64,000 nt of DNA, from the NCBI GenBank assembly GCA_965250285.1, contig OZ252299.1, positions 4,576,001-4,640,000 of the forward strand. The letters are read 5' to 3'. Below are positions 51,001 to 59,629 of the stretch, piece after piece. The translations under genes were made by a program, and so were the position numbers. Position 1 is the stretch's first letter; each line of letters starts with the position of its first letter. The DNA is from Myxococcota bacterium. GTDB lineage: Bacteria; Myxococcota_A; UBA9160; UBA4427. The notes beneath the pieces are model-generated. The model was not told the origin of the DNA. It made no database searches and saw only the letters and a list, made by a program, of their open reading frames with translations.

Positions 51001-51174
51001 CTCGCCGAAGACGACCCGCTGCGGCTCGACGAACTCAAGAGCTACGGCGATCTGCAGCGCCGCGCCGCCGAAGGGGAGGCGGTCGAGTCGGGCGGCGACG
51101 TCGAGATGACCCTCGACGAGTGCCTGCAGCTCATGAATCTCGGTTACGTCGAAGACTGCGACCATCTGAACTAG
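48088..51174 (+). CDS. Fusion of LPG-synthase-TM (UPF0104 flippase-like) domain, TM linker and sulfatase-superfamily domain
   Basis: N-terminal RWQLVL...FLPST.GLD, SPFTIAGEGIRE; C-terminal PNIILIMVDTLRAD, HYMDVHDPY, TADHGEEF, HVPL. Confidence 0.85.
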   Translation: MTAFQVFLLCLVAFVASRFAPDPWKGRLVNVAKAAFTIAAFWALLAYELTNAQGERQTVWSMIVEIYENIQPATFWFWVLVATGVKLVGILCSMYRWQLVLRGQNIELPFRHIFGSFMIGRALGTFLPSTAGLDGYTLYDAARFTGRTVEVSAGKFLEKICGFTGVFLTFLVTLPFGIAILGDLAWMAYVSAVIAIGIIGGLMIVLFYPGAVQWVLTNVPIPAKARLEGIVTRISESAGAYRDKKGLVLMIFAMSFMVHFTTAAMYYYTALAIGAEGAKFWEITFGSSIQIFATVISPFTIAGEGIREAAQALLLQNQIGAGAAVISAALGFWAAEAPTMLGFVFWWIRPDDYKPEYARVNGVQVDWDEAAKASVALDPSRSKEELEAEVGAAAPMSERLLRSASVGCGSGVLAGIVIGLAETAVIAQGGFGDDAQVLWYGPMMYAVFLGGLGTLGGLVLGVLPMDRDEIQSWTPTLGFAACLVPLGLFVTLFRLRRDVYLEQMPPAPVLVGVLAGFALLTFVILYFGQRFFGSRVGIIARAPIAIGLLVLVMGTGLALGIGYGPDRTPPAGSIASGLGDRPNIILIMVDTLRADYLPCYGDEQVSAPHICSLGEADGGIVLDGYSHASWTKPATASLLSSLVPTTHNAMSKPSRLSDEVDLVSEVMQAQGYSTGGIVSNINLAESFGFDQGYNEYHYLAPSYLLGADESSSKLILYQIFRSVYLGVLKKGITFDGFYQDSRVVNAVAFDWLDRFKDDRFYLFLHYMDVHDPYFEHPYDGRGFSRVSNPWPSPEQTEDLKRLYRGELEYLDEGVGELIAHLKQLGIYDDTMIILTADHGEEFYEHDGWWHGLTLFEEQIHVPLLIKPARGQMTPPYTRMARHIDVVPTIIDVAGAAQPERMQGVSLYVSEADRSSKDRQHFAEEDHEGNVLWSLTDETMNKVIVVENGGAHRELPDAAVYDLDDDPDEARNLAEDDPLRLDELKSYGDLQRRAAEGEAVESGGDVEMTLDECLQLMNLGYVEDCDHLN

Positions 51175-51391
51175 GCAGGCCCCTCGTGTCGGCCGACCCG
51201 AAGCTCGAGGCCATGCGCCCGGGCGCATTCGACGCCGCGCGAGCCGGGTGGCGCGCCACGCGCGACGCGGTGGCCCACGCGTGCCGGAATGGGTAGATTC
51301 ATTTGTCCGTGCGAGGCGCCCGGTCTCGCCCATCAACCCAGCCAAGCACCGGCGCGCCGGTCGGCGCATCGCGCAGCAAGGACGACACGAC

Positions 51392-51952
51392 ATGGCCAAC
51401 GAAGAATTCGGACCGCTCGCCGCCCTCATCGGCACCTGGGAAGGCGATCAGGGCGTCAACGTCTCGTACGACTATGCCAAGAAGGGCGTCATCGAGCGCA
51501 CCTACAAAGAGAAGGCCGTCTTCAACATCGTCGGCGACGTCGACAACGGCACGCAGAAGCTCTGGGTCATCGACTACACGACGGCGGCCATCCCGGACGA
51601 CGATCCGAACGGCGACGTCTTCCACACCGAGCTCGGCTACTGGCTCTGGGATCCCCAGCGCGAAGAGGTCATGCGCTGCTTCATGGTGCCGCGCGGCTCG
51701 ACGATCCTCGCGGGCGGCAACTGCAAGCCCGACGCATCGAGCTTCGACATGCGCGCCAAGGCGGGTGATCTCGGCTTCGGCGTACTCTCGAACCCCTACC
51801 TGCTCGAGAACGCCAAGTGCATCGAGTACACGCTGTCGTGCTCGATCAACGACGGCGTCTGGAGCTACGAAGAAGACACGGTGCTCGAGCAGAAGGCGAC
51901 CGGCGAGGTCGTACACCACACCGACAAGAACACGCTGAAGAAGACGGGCTGA
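51392..51952 (+). CDS. Nitrobindin/DUF1794-like heme-binding beta-barrel
   Basis: GPLAALIGTWEG, FHTELGYWLW, PRGS, HHTDKNTL. Confidence 0.8.
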   Translation: MANEEFGPLAALIGTWEGDQGVNVSYDYAKKGVIERTYKEKAVFNIVGDVDNGTQKLWVIDYTTAAIPDDDPNGDVFHTELGYWLWDPQREEVMRCFMVPRGSTILAGGNCKPDASSFDMRAKAGDLGFGVLSNPYLLENAKCIEYTLSCSINDGVWSYEEDTVLEQKATGEVVHHTDKNTLKKTG

Positions 51953-51986
51953 GCCCCACGCTCGCACGGCATCGAGGCTGCACTCG

Positions 51987-52020
51987 AACGCCGCATCGGC
52001 CTCGGCCGGTGCGGCGTTTT
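51987..52020 (+). terminator. Intrinsic terminator
   Basis: AACGCCGCATCGGC-CTCG-GCCGGTGCGGCGTT followed by a T-run. Confidence 0.75.
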
Positions 52021-52044
52021 GCGTTCGGGGCCTCGGCCCGCGAA

Positions 52045-52911
52045 TCAATCCGCCGATTCGTCGGGCGGCTTCGCCGAGAAGTACTTCGTGTGGTCGACCG
52101 CCTGGGTCTCACCGGCGGTGCGTTCGATCGCCGACTGAATGCCCGAGTTGCGCCGCGTGCGACCGGCGGCGTACTTGAAGCCGGCCCCCGAGCTCGTCTC
52201 GTCGCACTGCAGGCACGGGCTGAGCGCGCCGTCCTCGGTGTTGTTGGTCGACTTGCTGAAGTTGCCGCGCAGCGTGTTGAAGAAGCCGTACTCCTTCATG
52301 CAGATGCGCTTGCACTTCTTGCGGGTATGCCGCGCATTCGCCGCCCAGGCCTCGGCGCACCAGGGTGTGAACCCGACCTTGTCGATGAAGCACTTGCGTG
52401 ACCGCGCGCCGATCAGCTTCATCGCGCACGCACGCGCGGGCGTGGTGAGATCGGGCGTGTCGAGATAGACCTTCAGATCTTTCAGCGTCGAGCAGGCGCC
52501 GCAGTGGTGATGATGCGTCACCACGTATCCGGCCTTGCGCGCCGCCTCGGCCGAATCGAACGTCGCGAGGACGTAGTCGCGCTCATCGGCGTCGACGAAC
52601 TTGAGCGCGCACACCGACTCGTCTTCGTCGTAGTCGGCGTACCACTCGAGCACGTCCCGCCGCGCCGAGCCTTCCCACACGAGCTCCTTCGCCGCGGGGT
52701 AGTAGGGGTCGAAGGTCTCGAAGCGCCGGCGCTTCTTGACCTGCACGTCTCGATCCGGATGATCGACCAGGTCCAGCTCGGCGAGGATCTCGCGCATGTT
52801 GAGCACGTGGGTGTCGGCGAGGTCGCCAGCCGAAGCGGGCGCGGCCAGCCACACCGACACCACCGCCAGCAGCAGTCTTCGCACGACGATCGACCAGGGC
52901 CCCCGGCTCAT
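52045..52911 (-). CDS. Secreted Cys-rich hypothetical protein
   Basis: Signal peptide; 10 Cys including HHHHCGAC, CKRIC, CLQCDE; AGRTRRNSG. Confidence 0.75.
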   Translation of the reverse strand: MSRGPWSIVVRRLLLAVVSVWLAAPASAGDLADTHVLNMREILAELDLVDHPDRDVQVKKRRRFETFDPYYPAAKELVWEGSARRDVLEWYADYDEDESVCALKFVDADERDYVLATFDSAEAARKAGYVVTHHHHCGACSTLKDLKVYLDTPDLTTPARACAMKLIGARSRKCFIDKVGFTPWCAEAWAANARHTRKKCKRICMKEYGFFNTLRGNFSKSTNNTEDGALSPCLQCDETSSGAGFKYAAGRTRRNSGIQSAIERTAGETQAVDHTKYFSAKPPDESAD

Positions 52912-53564
52912 GCGGGCCGCTCCGAGAGCGCTTCGACGGCCGAAGGCACCTCGCGGATGCCGCCCAGGACCGCCGCCGCCGGTGAGAAGTCGCCCCCGGC
53001 CGTCAGCGCATGGGGGATCGCGAGACAGTGCATGCCGGCCGCGACGGCCGCCTGCATCCCGCGCACCGAGTCTTCGACCACGACGCTGCGTTCGGGCGCC
53101 ACCCCGAGCCGCTCGGCCGCCTCGAGATAGGGGTCGGGGTGCGGCTTGTGGCGCGCGTACTCCCCACTCGCGAGCGCGAACTCGAAGTGATGCAGCAGAT
53201 CGCTATCGCGATGGGCCAGCTCGAAGTCATGTCGGTGCGCGCTCGTCACGATCGCCAGTGGGTAGCGCTCGCCGAGTGTCGCGACCGTCTCGTGCACCCC
53301 TTCGTAGACGTCGACGCCGGCCGCAACGCTCTTCTGATAGATCTCGTCGCGTCGTGCGCGCAACGACGCGATGTCGTCGTCGCCGAACCCGTGGTCGCGC
53401 AGCGCATCGAATACGCTCCGGCCCTGGCGCAGCGACAGATCGATGAACACCTCACGCGTCAGCTCGTGGCCGACCTCGGTGAAGATCTCGCGGTTGGCGT
53501 CGAAGTACAGGTGTTCGGTATCGACGAGGACGCCGTCGTTGTCGAAGAAGATCGCTTCGATCAT
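52908..53564 (-). CDS. HAD-family phosphatase
   Basis: [23 protein letters not shown]. Confidence 0.92.
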   Translation of the reverse strand: MIEAIFFDNDGVLVDTEHLYFDANREIFTEVGHELTREVFIDLSLRQGRSVFDALRDHGFGDDDIASLRARRDEIYQKSVAAGVDVYEGVHETVATLGERYPLAIVTSAHRHDFELAHRDSDLLHHFEFALASGEYARHKPHPDPYLEAAERLGVAPERSVVVEDSVRGMQAAVAAGMHCLAIPHALTAGGDFSPAAAVLGGIREVPSAVEALSERPA

Positions 53565-53571
53565 ACAGGGC

Positions 53572-53973
53572 TTATTCGTCGGTCTCGAGATCGATCGACG
53601 CCGAGTTGATGCAGTACCGGAGACCCGTCGGCGGCGGGCCATCGGGGAAAACGTGGCCGAGGTGCGCATCGCACTTCGCGCAGACCACCTCGGTGCGCAC
53701 CATGCCGTGGCTGCGATCGACGTGCTCGGTGACCGACTCGGCCTGCTTCGGGGCATAGAAGCTCGGCCAGCCGCTGCCCGAGTCGTACTTGGTCTCGGAC
53801 GAGAAGAGCGGCTCGCCGCAACACACGCACCGGTACGTGCCGGCGCGCTTCTCGTTCCAGTACTTGCCGGTGAACGCCGGCTCGGTTCCCGAGCAGCGCG
53901 TCACCTGGTACTGGGCGTCGTCCAGCTGGTCGCGCCACTCGGCGTCGCTCTTGGTGACCTTCTCGTCGGACAT
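53572..53973 (-). CDS. msrB: Peptide-methionine (R)-S-oxide reductase
   Basis: [34 protein letters not shown]. Confidence 0.96.
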   Translation of the reverse strand: MSDEKVTKSDAEWRDQLDDAQYQVTRCSGTEPAFTGKYWNEKRAGTYRCVCCGEPLFSSETKYDSGSGWPSFYAPKQAESVTEHVDRSHGMVRTEVVCAKCDAHLGHVFPDGPPPTGLRYCINSASIDLETDE

Positions 53974-54019
53974 GGTCGATCTCCGTTTGGGGGGGGCGTG
54001 GTTTCGATGCCGGTCGGGC

Positions 54020-54673
54020 TCAGACGCTGCGGCCGAGAAGCGACGGGAGTTCGGGCAGCTCGAAGAATACTTCGGCTCCGGCGTCGTGCAGTTGTTCGGC
54101 CGCCACCTCGCGCGCGAAACCCAGCACGCGCATCCCCGCCGCCCGCCCCGCGCGCACGCCCGCAGGGCTGTCTTCGACGACCACACAGCCGGCCGCCTCG
54201 GCGCCCTGGGCCCGGGCGGCGTACTCGAAGACGTCCGGGTGCGGCTTGCCGCGATCGACGTGCTCGACGGCACTGTAGATGCGCCCCTCGAAGCGGTCCC
54301 AGAGCCCGGCGCCCCCCAGCGTGACGCGCATCTTGGCGGTCGAACCGCTCGACGCGACGCAGGTGCCGAGCCCCAATGCGTCGATGCCGGTCAGGGCCTC
54401 GTGCACGCCCGGCATCGCCAGATCGGCGGCGGCGAGCGCCGTGTGTTCGCGCCGGTCGAACTCGGCGTCGAAGTCGGCGGGCAGCGGGCGCCCGATTCGC
54501 TCTTCGATGATCTCGTAACACATCGGCATCGTGCGGCCGCGAAAGAGCGCGTTCGACTCTTCGAGGGTCAGATGCAGACCGACCTCGCCCATCAGCTCGA
54601 CGAGCACGCGATTCGCGGGTGCCTCGGTATCGACCAGCACCCCATCGCAATCGAGAATCACGAGCTGCGTCAC
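54020..54673 (-). CDS. HAD-family phosphatase (YieH-like)
   Basis: [27 protein letters not shown]. Confidence 0.9.
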   Translation of the reverse strand: MTQLVILDCDGVLVDTEAPANRVLVELMGEVGLHLTLEESNALFRGRTMPMCYEIIEERIGRPLPADFDAEFDRREHTALAAADLAMPGVHEALTGIDALGLGTCVASSGSTAKMRVTLGGAGLWDRFEGRIYSAVEHVDRGKPHPDVFEYAARAQGAEAAGCVVVEDSPAGVRAGRAAGMRVLGFAREVAAEQLHDAGAEVFFELPELPSLLGRSV

Positions 54674-54688
54674 GTCGCGGGGTCGCCC

Positions 54689-56164
54689 TCAGCCGAAGAT
54701 CGGCGGTGTACGCGCCGAGAAGAGCGTCTCGCGTTCGAGCTGCGCGGCGACATCGAGCAGCGTCGCCTCGTCGCCACTCGCCGCCACGAGCTGCACCCCG
54801 ACCGGCAGGTCGGATGGCCCGCCGGCCTCGCCGGTCGTGAAGTGGCCGGGGACCGAGATCGCGGGCTGGCCCGACAGATTGAATGGCAGCGTGAACACGC
54901 CGAAGGGCGCGGCGCGCAGGAAGGGGCCCAGCGGGTTGTCGGGCATCTGCGCCATGTAGCCGATCTCGGGCGGCGGCTGGGCCTGGGTCGGTGTGAGGAG
55001 CAGGTCGAAGCCCTCCCGCCCGCCGTCGGCGCCGAAGAACTCGCTCACGCGTCGCCCGAACCCGTGGACGCCCTCGAGCGCTTCGAGCAGCTGCGTCGCG
55101 CCGAGGCCCTGGCCGCGCTCGGCCAGCGCCCACGTCATCGGCTCGACGCCCGCCGGGCCCACCGGCTGGCCGAGTCGTTCGCTCCAGCTCTGGAGCGCGC
55201 GCGCCACGTTGGCGCAGACGACGTCGACGTAGAGCCGCACGATGTCGGGCTCGTCGAGGGCCTTTGGATGCGCGAGCTCGACGACGTGGCCGAGCCCTTC
55301 GAGCCGCTCGGCCGTGCGCTCGACCGCCGCTACCAGATCGGCGTGCACCTCGATGTCGCGCGGTGCATGGCGCATGAGTCCGATGCGCAGACCTCGGCGA
55401 TTCGCGTCGACCGCTTCCGCGAACGGCGCCGCCGGCGGCGACGCCGCGTAGGGGTCGCCGGTCATCCGGCCGGCGATCACGTCGAGCAGCGTCGCCGAGT
55501 CGCGCACGGTGCGGCTCACCACGAATTCGCACGAGAAGCCGCTCCAACGTTCACCGAGGCCCGGCCCGAACGAGCTTCGCCCCCGGGTCGGCTTGAGCCC
55601 GACGAGTCCACACATGCTGGCGGGGCCGCGAATCGATCCACCGCCATCGCTCGCATGCGCGACGGGCACGAGGCCCGCGGCGACGGCCGCAGCCGCGCCT
55701 CCGCTGGAGCCCCCCGCGCTGTGCCCGAGGTTCCAGGGGTTGCGGGTGGCACCGAAGGCCTCGGGCTCGGTGGTGGGCAGCAGCGCGAGCTCGGGCGTAT
55801 TGGTGCGACCGAGCGAGACGAAGCCGGCCGAGCGGAGCTTGCGCGTCAGGTGGCTGTCGGCGCTCGCCGTGTACTCCGCGTCGCGCGCCGCGCGCAAGCC
55901 GGCGCAGAGCGGTCGCCCCGCCTCCTCGCCGCCGATGTCCTTCATGAGGATCGGCACACCGGCGAAGGGCGCATCCGCCACGCTTCGCGACACGTCGCGA
56001 CGCGCGTCGTCGAAGGCCGTGTGAATGACGGCGTGCAGCTCGGGATCGATCCGTTCGATGCGGCGGATCGCGGCCTCGACGAGCTCGGCGGCGCTCAGCT
56101 CGCCACGACGTACGAGCTCGGCCTGACCGACCGCGTCGAGGTAGGCGAGCGAGCGGTCATCCAT
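54689..56164 (-). CDS. Amidase signature family enzyme
   Basis: [22 protein letters not shown]. Confidence 0.93.
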   Translation of the reverse strand: MDDRSLAYLDAVGQAELVRRGELSAAELVEAAIRRIERIDPELHAVIHTAFDDARRDVSRSVADAPFAGVPILMKDIGGEEAGRPLCAGLRAARDAEYTASADSHLTRKLRSAGFVSLGRTNTPELALLPTTEPEAFGATRNPWNLGHSAGGSSGGAAAAVAAGLVPVAHASDGGGSIRGPASMCGLVGLKPTRGRSSFGPGLGERWSGFSCEFVVSRTVRDSATLLDVIAGRMTGDPYAASPPAAPFAEAVDANRRGLRIGLMRHAPRDIEVHADLVAAVERTAERLEGLGHVVELAHPKALDEPDIVRLYVDVVCANVARALQSWSERLGQPVGPAGVEPMTWALAERGQGLGATQLLEALEGVHGFGRRVSEFFGADGGREGFDLLLTPTQAQPPPEIGYMAQMPDNPLGPFLRAAPFGVFTLPFNLSGQPAISVPGHFTTGEAGGPSDLPVGVQLVAASGDEATLLDVAAQLERETLFSARTPPIFG

Positions 56165-56600
56165 CGTTCGAGACCCGCTCGCGAATCGACACGCGCACGC
56201 CTGGCTCGTCGGCCCGCAGCTCGATCAGCTTCGGATTCTCGCTGTCCTCGCGAAACTGCAGGCAGACGCTGGTCAGGCCATCGCTCGTCGGCGACTCGGC
56301 GGCCTCGCCCGGCGCGTTCGGCCAGGCGCCGCACAGAGGGTTGCCGAGCACGCGCCACCAGGGCTCCTCTTCGGCGAGGTCCTCGAGACCGGCGGGCACG
56401 TCCTCTGCCGACTCGACGAAGGCCAGCTCGAGGCGCCCACCGGCGCCGTCGCTGCCGACCAGGATGCGGCCGACGTCGAAGGTGAGGACGTAGGCAATGC
56501 CGACGAGCGGATCGTCGGTGAAGCCGGTCGCCGCGCGGCGCTCGGCCCGAAGAATGCGTCCCCGCGCCTCGGCGGCGCGGTCGAAGAGCTCGATGCCCAC
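56157..56600 (-). CDS. Hypothetical protein
   Basis: AAGGAGG RBS then GTG at 56600; coding-like composition; 3' end overlaps the amidase start. Confidence 0.65.
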   Translation of the reverse strand: MGIELFDRAAEARGRILRAERRAATGFTDDPLVGIAYVLTFDVGRILVGSDGAGGRLELAFVESAEDVPAGLEDLAEEEPWWRVLGNPLCGAWPNAPGEAAESPTSDGLTSVCLQFREDSENPKLIELRADEPGVRVSIRERVSNDG

Positions 56601-56724
56601 GACGACATCCTCCTTGCACCCGGACGTGCAGAACCCGAACGAGATGGGACAGTCTACACTGCCGGGCGCGGCATGCGTCGCCGCGCCCGTCGCGCAAGCC
56701 CAGGCCCCTGGAGTGAAGCCCCCC

Positions 56725-57039
56725 ATGCCGATCATCGACGACGACGACACGCTGGTCACCCCCGACGGTCTGACCGTGCGCCGGCGCCGCCACGAGCGGT
56801 CGCTGTCGCCGCGCGACCTGGTCGAGGCCATCGCCGACGCTCAGGAGCGCGAGACCGGCCTGCGTGACACGATCAAGCCGAGCCTGCTCGCGGGCATCGA
56901 AGAGCGCCGCGAGCGCATCCCGTGGTCGACGCTTCGGCTCGTCGCTTCGGGACTCGACTGCGACCCGATCGATCTGCTCGGGCCCGAGCCCGACCCCGAC
57001 GCCAACCCCGAGATCGACACGCCCCGCGTGCTGGGGTGA
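56725..57039 (+). CDS. Small XRE-like HTH protein
   Basis: VRRRRHERSLSPRDL...LAGIEE...TLRLVASGLDCDPIDLL resembles the XRE/Cro fold. Confidence 0.6.
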   Translation: MPIIDDDDTLVTPDGLTVRRRRHERSLSPRDLVEAIADAQERETGLRDTIKPSLLAGIEERRERIPWSTLRLVASGLDCDPIDLLGPEPDPDANPEIDTPRVLG

Positions 57040-57118
57040 GCCCCGGGCGTCCCGCACGCCGATCGACGCGCACGGCACCACACACGACCACCCATGACAC
57101 ACGAAGGGGAGCATCGAC

Positions 57119-57901
57119 TTGAGCGGCTTCATCACGATCGACGAGGCACGCACGCGGCCCGGCCTGCGACTCGTCCTCACCGCTGGCGTGCCCGGGCCCT
57201 GGGGCGAAGCGGCGAAGGGCATCTTCCACGCCAAGGGCGTGCCCTTCGCGCGGGTCGCGCAGATCGGCGCGCAGGCGAACGAAGCGCTCGTCGAATGGAC
57301 CGGGATCGACAACGCGCCCCAGGCGATCCTCGACGACGAACGGCCGCTGGCGGGCTGGGTCGAGATCTTGCTGCGCGCCGAGAAGCTCGCCCCCGAGCCC
57401 CGACTTGTCCCCGACGACCCGGCCGACCGCGCGCTGATGTTCGGCCTCGGTCATGAGCTGATGGGGCAAGGCGGCTTCTGCTGGACCCGCCGCCTGATGA
57501 TGGTGACGCCGCTGCTCCAGCTGCCCGAAGACAACCCGGTGCGGGCCTTCGGCGACAACCTCGCCGCCAAGTACGGCATCGGCGACCCCGCCGAAGCCGA
57601 AGCCGCGCCGGAGCGCATGGCCGGCATCCTGAAGATGCTGTCCGCTCGACTCGCCGAGCAGCGCGCACGGGGCAGCGACTATCTCGTCGGCGATGCGCTG
57701 TCGGCGGCCGACATCTACTGGGCAGCGGCCTGTGCGCTCGTGCAGCCGTTGCCGCCCGAGGTCTGCCCCATGAGCGACATGATGCGAGCTTCGTATTCCG
57801 CGCCGCATCCCGTGATCGACGCCGCGCTCGACCCGGCCCTGGTCGCGCACCGCGACCGCATCTACGAGCAGGTCATGGAGTACCCGGTCATTCTCGAGTG
57901 A
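57119..57901 (+). CDS. GST-like protein
   Basis: PGPWGEAAK N-domain, YLVGDALSAADIYWA GST C-terminal motif; GGGGAG RBS then TTG. Confidence 0.75.
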   Translation: MSGFITIDEARTRPGLRLVLTAGVPGPWGEAAKGIFHAKGVPFARVAQIGAQANEALVEWTGIDNAPQAILDDERPLAGWVEILLRAEKLAPEPRLVPDDPADRALMFGLGHELMGQGGFCWTRRLMMVTPLLQLPEDNPVRAFGDNLAAKYGIGDPAEAEAAPERMAGILKMLSARLAEQRARGSDYLVGDALSAADIYWAAACALVQPLPPEVCPMSDMMRASYSAPHPVIDAALDPALVAHRDRIYEQVMEYPVILE

Positions 57902-57907
57902 CGCGAG

Positions 57908-58633
57908 TCAGTCGAGCGACCAGCTGCCGCAGCGTGTCGGGTGCGCCAGCGCGTCGGCGAGCGCGTCGAGGTACGACGTGCGCGGCCACTCGGTCGCGCC
58001 GAAACGCTCGAGATGGTCGGTGTGCACCTGACTGTCGACGAAGTCGAAGCCCCATGCTTCGAGTCGCTGCACCAGATGGACGAACGCGACCTTCGAGGCG
58101 TCGGGTACCCGCGTGAACATCGATTCGCCAAAGAAGACGTGCCCGAGCGAGACCCCGTACGCGCCGCCCACCAGCTCGCCGTCCCGCCAGCTCTCGACGC
58201 TGTGCGCGAAGCCGAGCTGGTGAAGCGCGCAGTACGCCTCGAGCATCGCCGGGGTGATCCAGGTGCCCGACTGCCCCGGGCGCGCGCTGTCGCGGCAGCC
58301 GATCATCACGGCTTCGAACGCGGTGTCGTAGCGCACGTCGAAGCGCCCACTGCGGATCTTCTTGCCGAGGCTGCGCGAAACCCGAAGCTCATCGAGTCGC
58401 AGCACGAAGCGTGGGTCGGGCGAGAACCAGAGGATCGGATCCTCGTCGTACCACGGGAAGATGCCCTGACAGTACGCAGAGATCAGTCGCTCGGGTCGGA
58501 GATCGGCGCCGAACCCGAGCAGGCCATGCGCATCGGCGGCGCGCGGGTCGGGGAAGGGATAGGCGTCGACGAGAGGGCGGAGCGCATCGGCGGGGACCAG
58601 GCGAAGCGACCGCTCGGGCGGCGCGCCGCTCAT
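57908..58633 (-). CDS. aat: Leucyl/phenylalanyl-tRNA-protein transferase
   Basis: GIFPW, WFSPDPR, AHSVE, FFGESMF, DASKVA. Confidence 0.95.
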   Translation of the reverse strand: MSGAPPERSLRLVPADALRPLVDAYPFPDPRAADAHGLLGFGADLRPERLISAYCQGIFPWYDEDPILWFSPDPRFVLRLDELRVSRSLGKKIRSGRFDVRYDTAFEAVMIGCRDSARPGQSGTWITPAMLEAYCALHQLGFAHSVESWRDGELVGGAYGVSLGHVFFGESMFTRVPDASKVAFVHLVQRLEAWGFDFVDSQVHTDHLERFGATEWPRTSYLDALADALAHPTRCGSWSLD

Positions 58634-58682
58634 CGGAGGCCTCCGGGCCAGGGGCCCACCGGGATGCCGCGCGATCGCGGGT

Positions 58683-59279
58683 TCACGGGCTCGCAAAGCT
58701 CCGCGCATCGGCCGGCCAGGGCGTGGCCGAGTCGAGCGCAGGGATCACGTCGGCGACCTCGTCGACCACCGACCACATGTCGAGATGGCGCTCGCCCATG
58801 AAGCGCTCGCTCACGCTGCGCTCGAGCAGCTCGATGCATGGATCGAAGAAGCCCTTCTGGTTCAGGAAGACGAGCGGACCGAGGAACAGGCCGAGGCGCT
58901 TGGCCGTAATTACTTCGAAGACCTCTTCGAGCGTGCCGCAGCCCCCCGGCAGCGCGACGACCCCATCGGACGCCGCTGTCATGCGTCGCTTGCGCTCCTG
59001 CATGTCGACCACCGTCTCGAGGCGCGTGAGCCCCGAGTGCGCCCACTCGAGCTCCTCCATGAAATTCGGGAGGATCCCGATCACGTCGCCGCGCTCGGCG
59101 AGGGCTGCATCGGCGAGCGCGCCCATCGAGCCGAGCGCGCCGCCGCCGTAGACGAGCGTGCGGCCCGCTCGCGCGATCATGCGGCCGAGCTCGGCGGCCG
59201 CCTCGCGGTAGACCGGATCGGCCGCCGTGCTGGACGCACAGAAGACGAGGATGCTCTCGATGGGCCCTTGCTCGCGCAT
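58683..59279 (-). CDS. LOG-family nucleotide phosphoribohydrolase (TIGR00730)
   Basis: LVYGGG, MQERK, PGGCGTLEE. Confidence 0.92.
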   Translation of the reverse strand: MREQGPIESILVFCASSTAADPVYREAAAELGRMIARAGRTLVYGGGALGSMGALADAALAERGDVIGILPNFMEELEWAHSGLTRLETVVDMQERKRRMTAASDGVVALPGGCGTLEEVFEVITAKRLGLFLGPLVFLNQKGFFDPCIELLERSVSERFMGERHLDMWSVVDEVADVIPALDSATPWPADARSFASP

Positions 59280-59355
59280 CGGGCGAATCTAGCAGCACCG
59301 CGGGGGCGATCGGCGACCGGCGCGGCGGCCTGCTAACGTCGGCCGCCGACAGACA

Positions 59356-59481
59356 AGGGTGATTTCAGGCGCTTGCAGGCCCACGGGCCCCGTCCCGATC
59401 GGGACGGCCCCCGATTCGGGGATTCGGTGATGTCGTTCGCGACACCCGCCGAGACGGCTCGGAAGACGTGCTAAGTGCCCC
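59356..59481 (+). ncRNA. SAM-II-like riboswitch with a long inserted loop
   Basis: GGG-UGAUUU...GGCGCUUGC-AG-GCCC core; downstream GCUAAGUGCC pairs with GGCGCUUGC (bulged U) to form the pseudoknot; upstream of a Met-biosynthesis gene; TGcTAACGT extended -10 at 59331-59339. Confidence 0.7.
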
Positions 59482-59629
59482 CACAGCCAGATCGCTGCTC
59501 TGGCGCGGCCGAGACCGCGCGATGGCGAATCAGTGGCCGCGACCCCTCCCCTCTTTCATGTGAGGTGGGCGGATCGCGCAGGGAGTGCAGGCCGGGCAGC
59601 GCCCGACCCCTCCGAATCGAGAAGAAGAG

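Noticed and set aside
53572..53973. Possible selenoprotein forms (MsrB, AhpD-like, permease) given selB
   Set aside because: The catalytic positions are ordinary Cys codons; I saw no in-frame TGA read-through candidate.
53789..56485. 898-aa plus-strand ORF (and many similar long Arg/Ala-rich ORFs in the track)
   Set aside because: Antisense or off-frame to well-supported genes (amidase, HAD, msrB); low-complexity translation.
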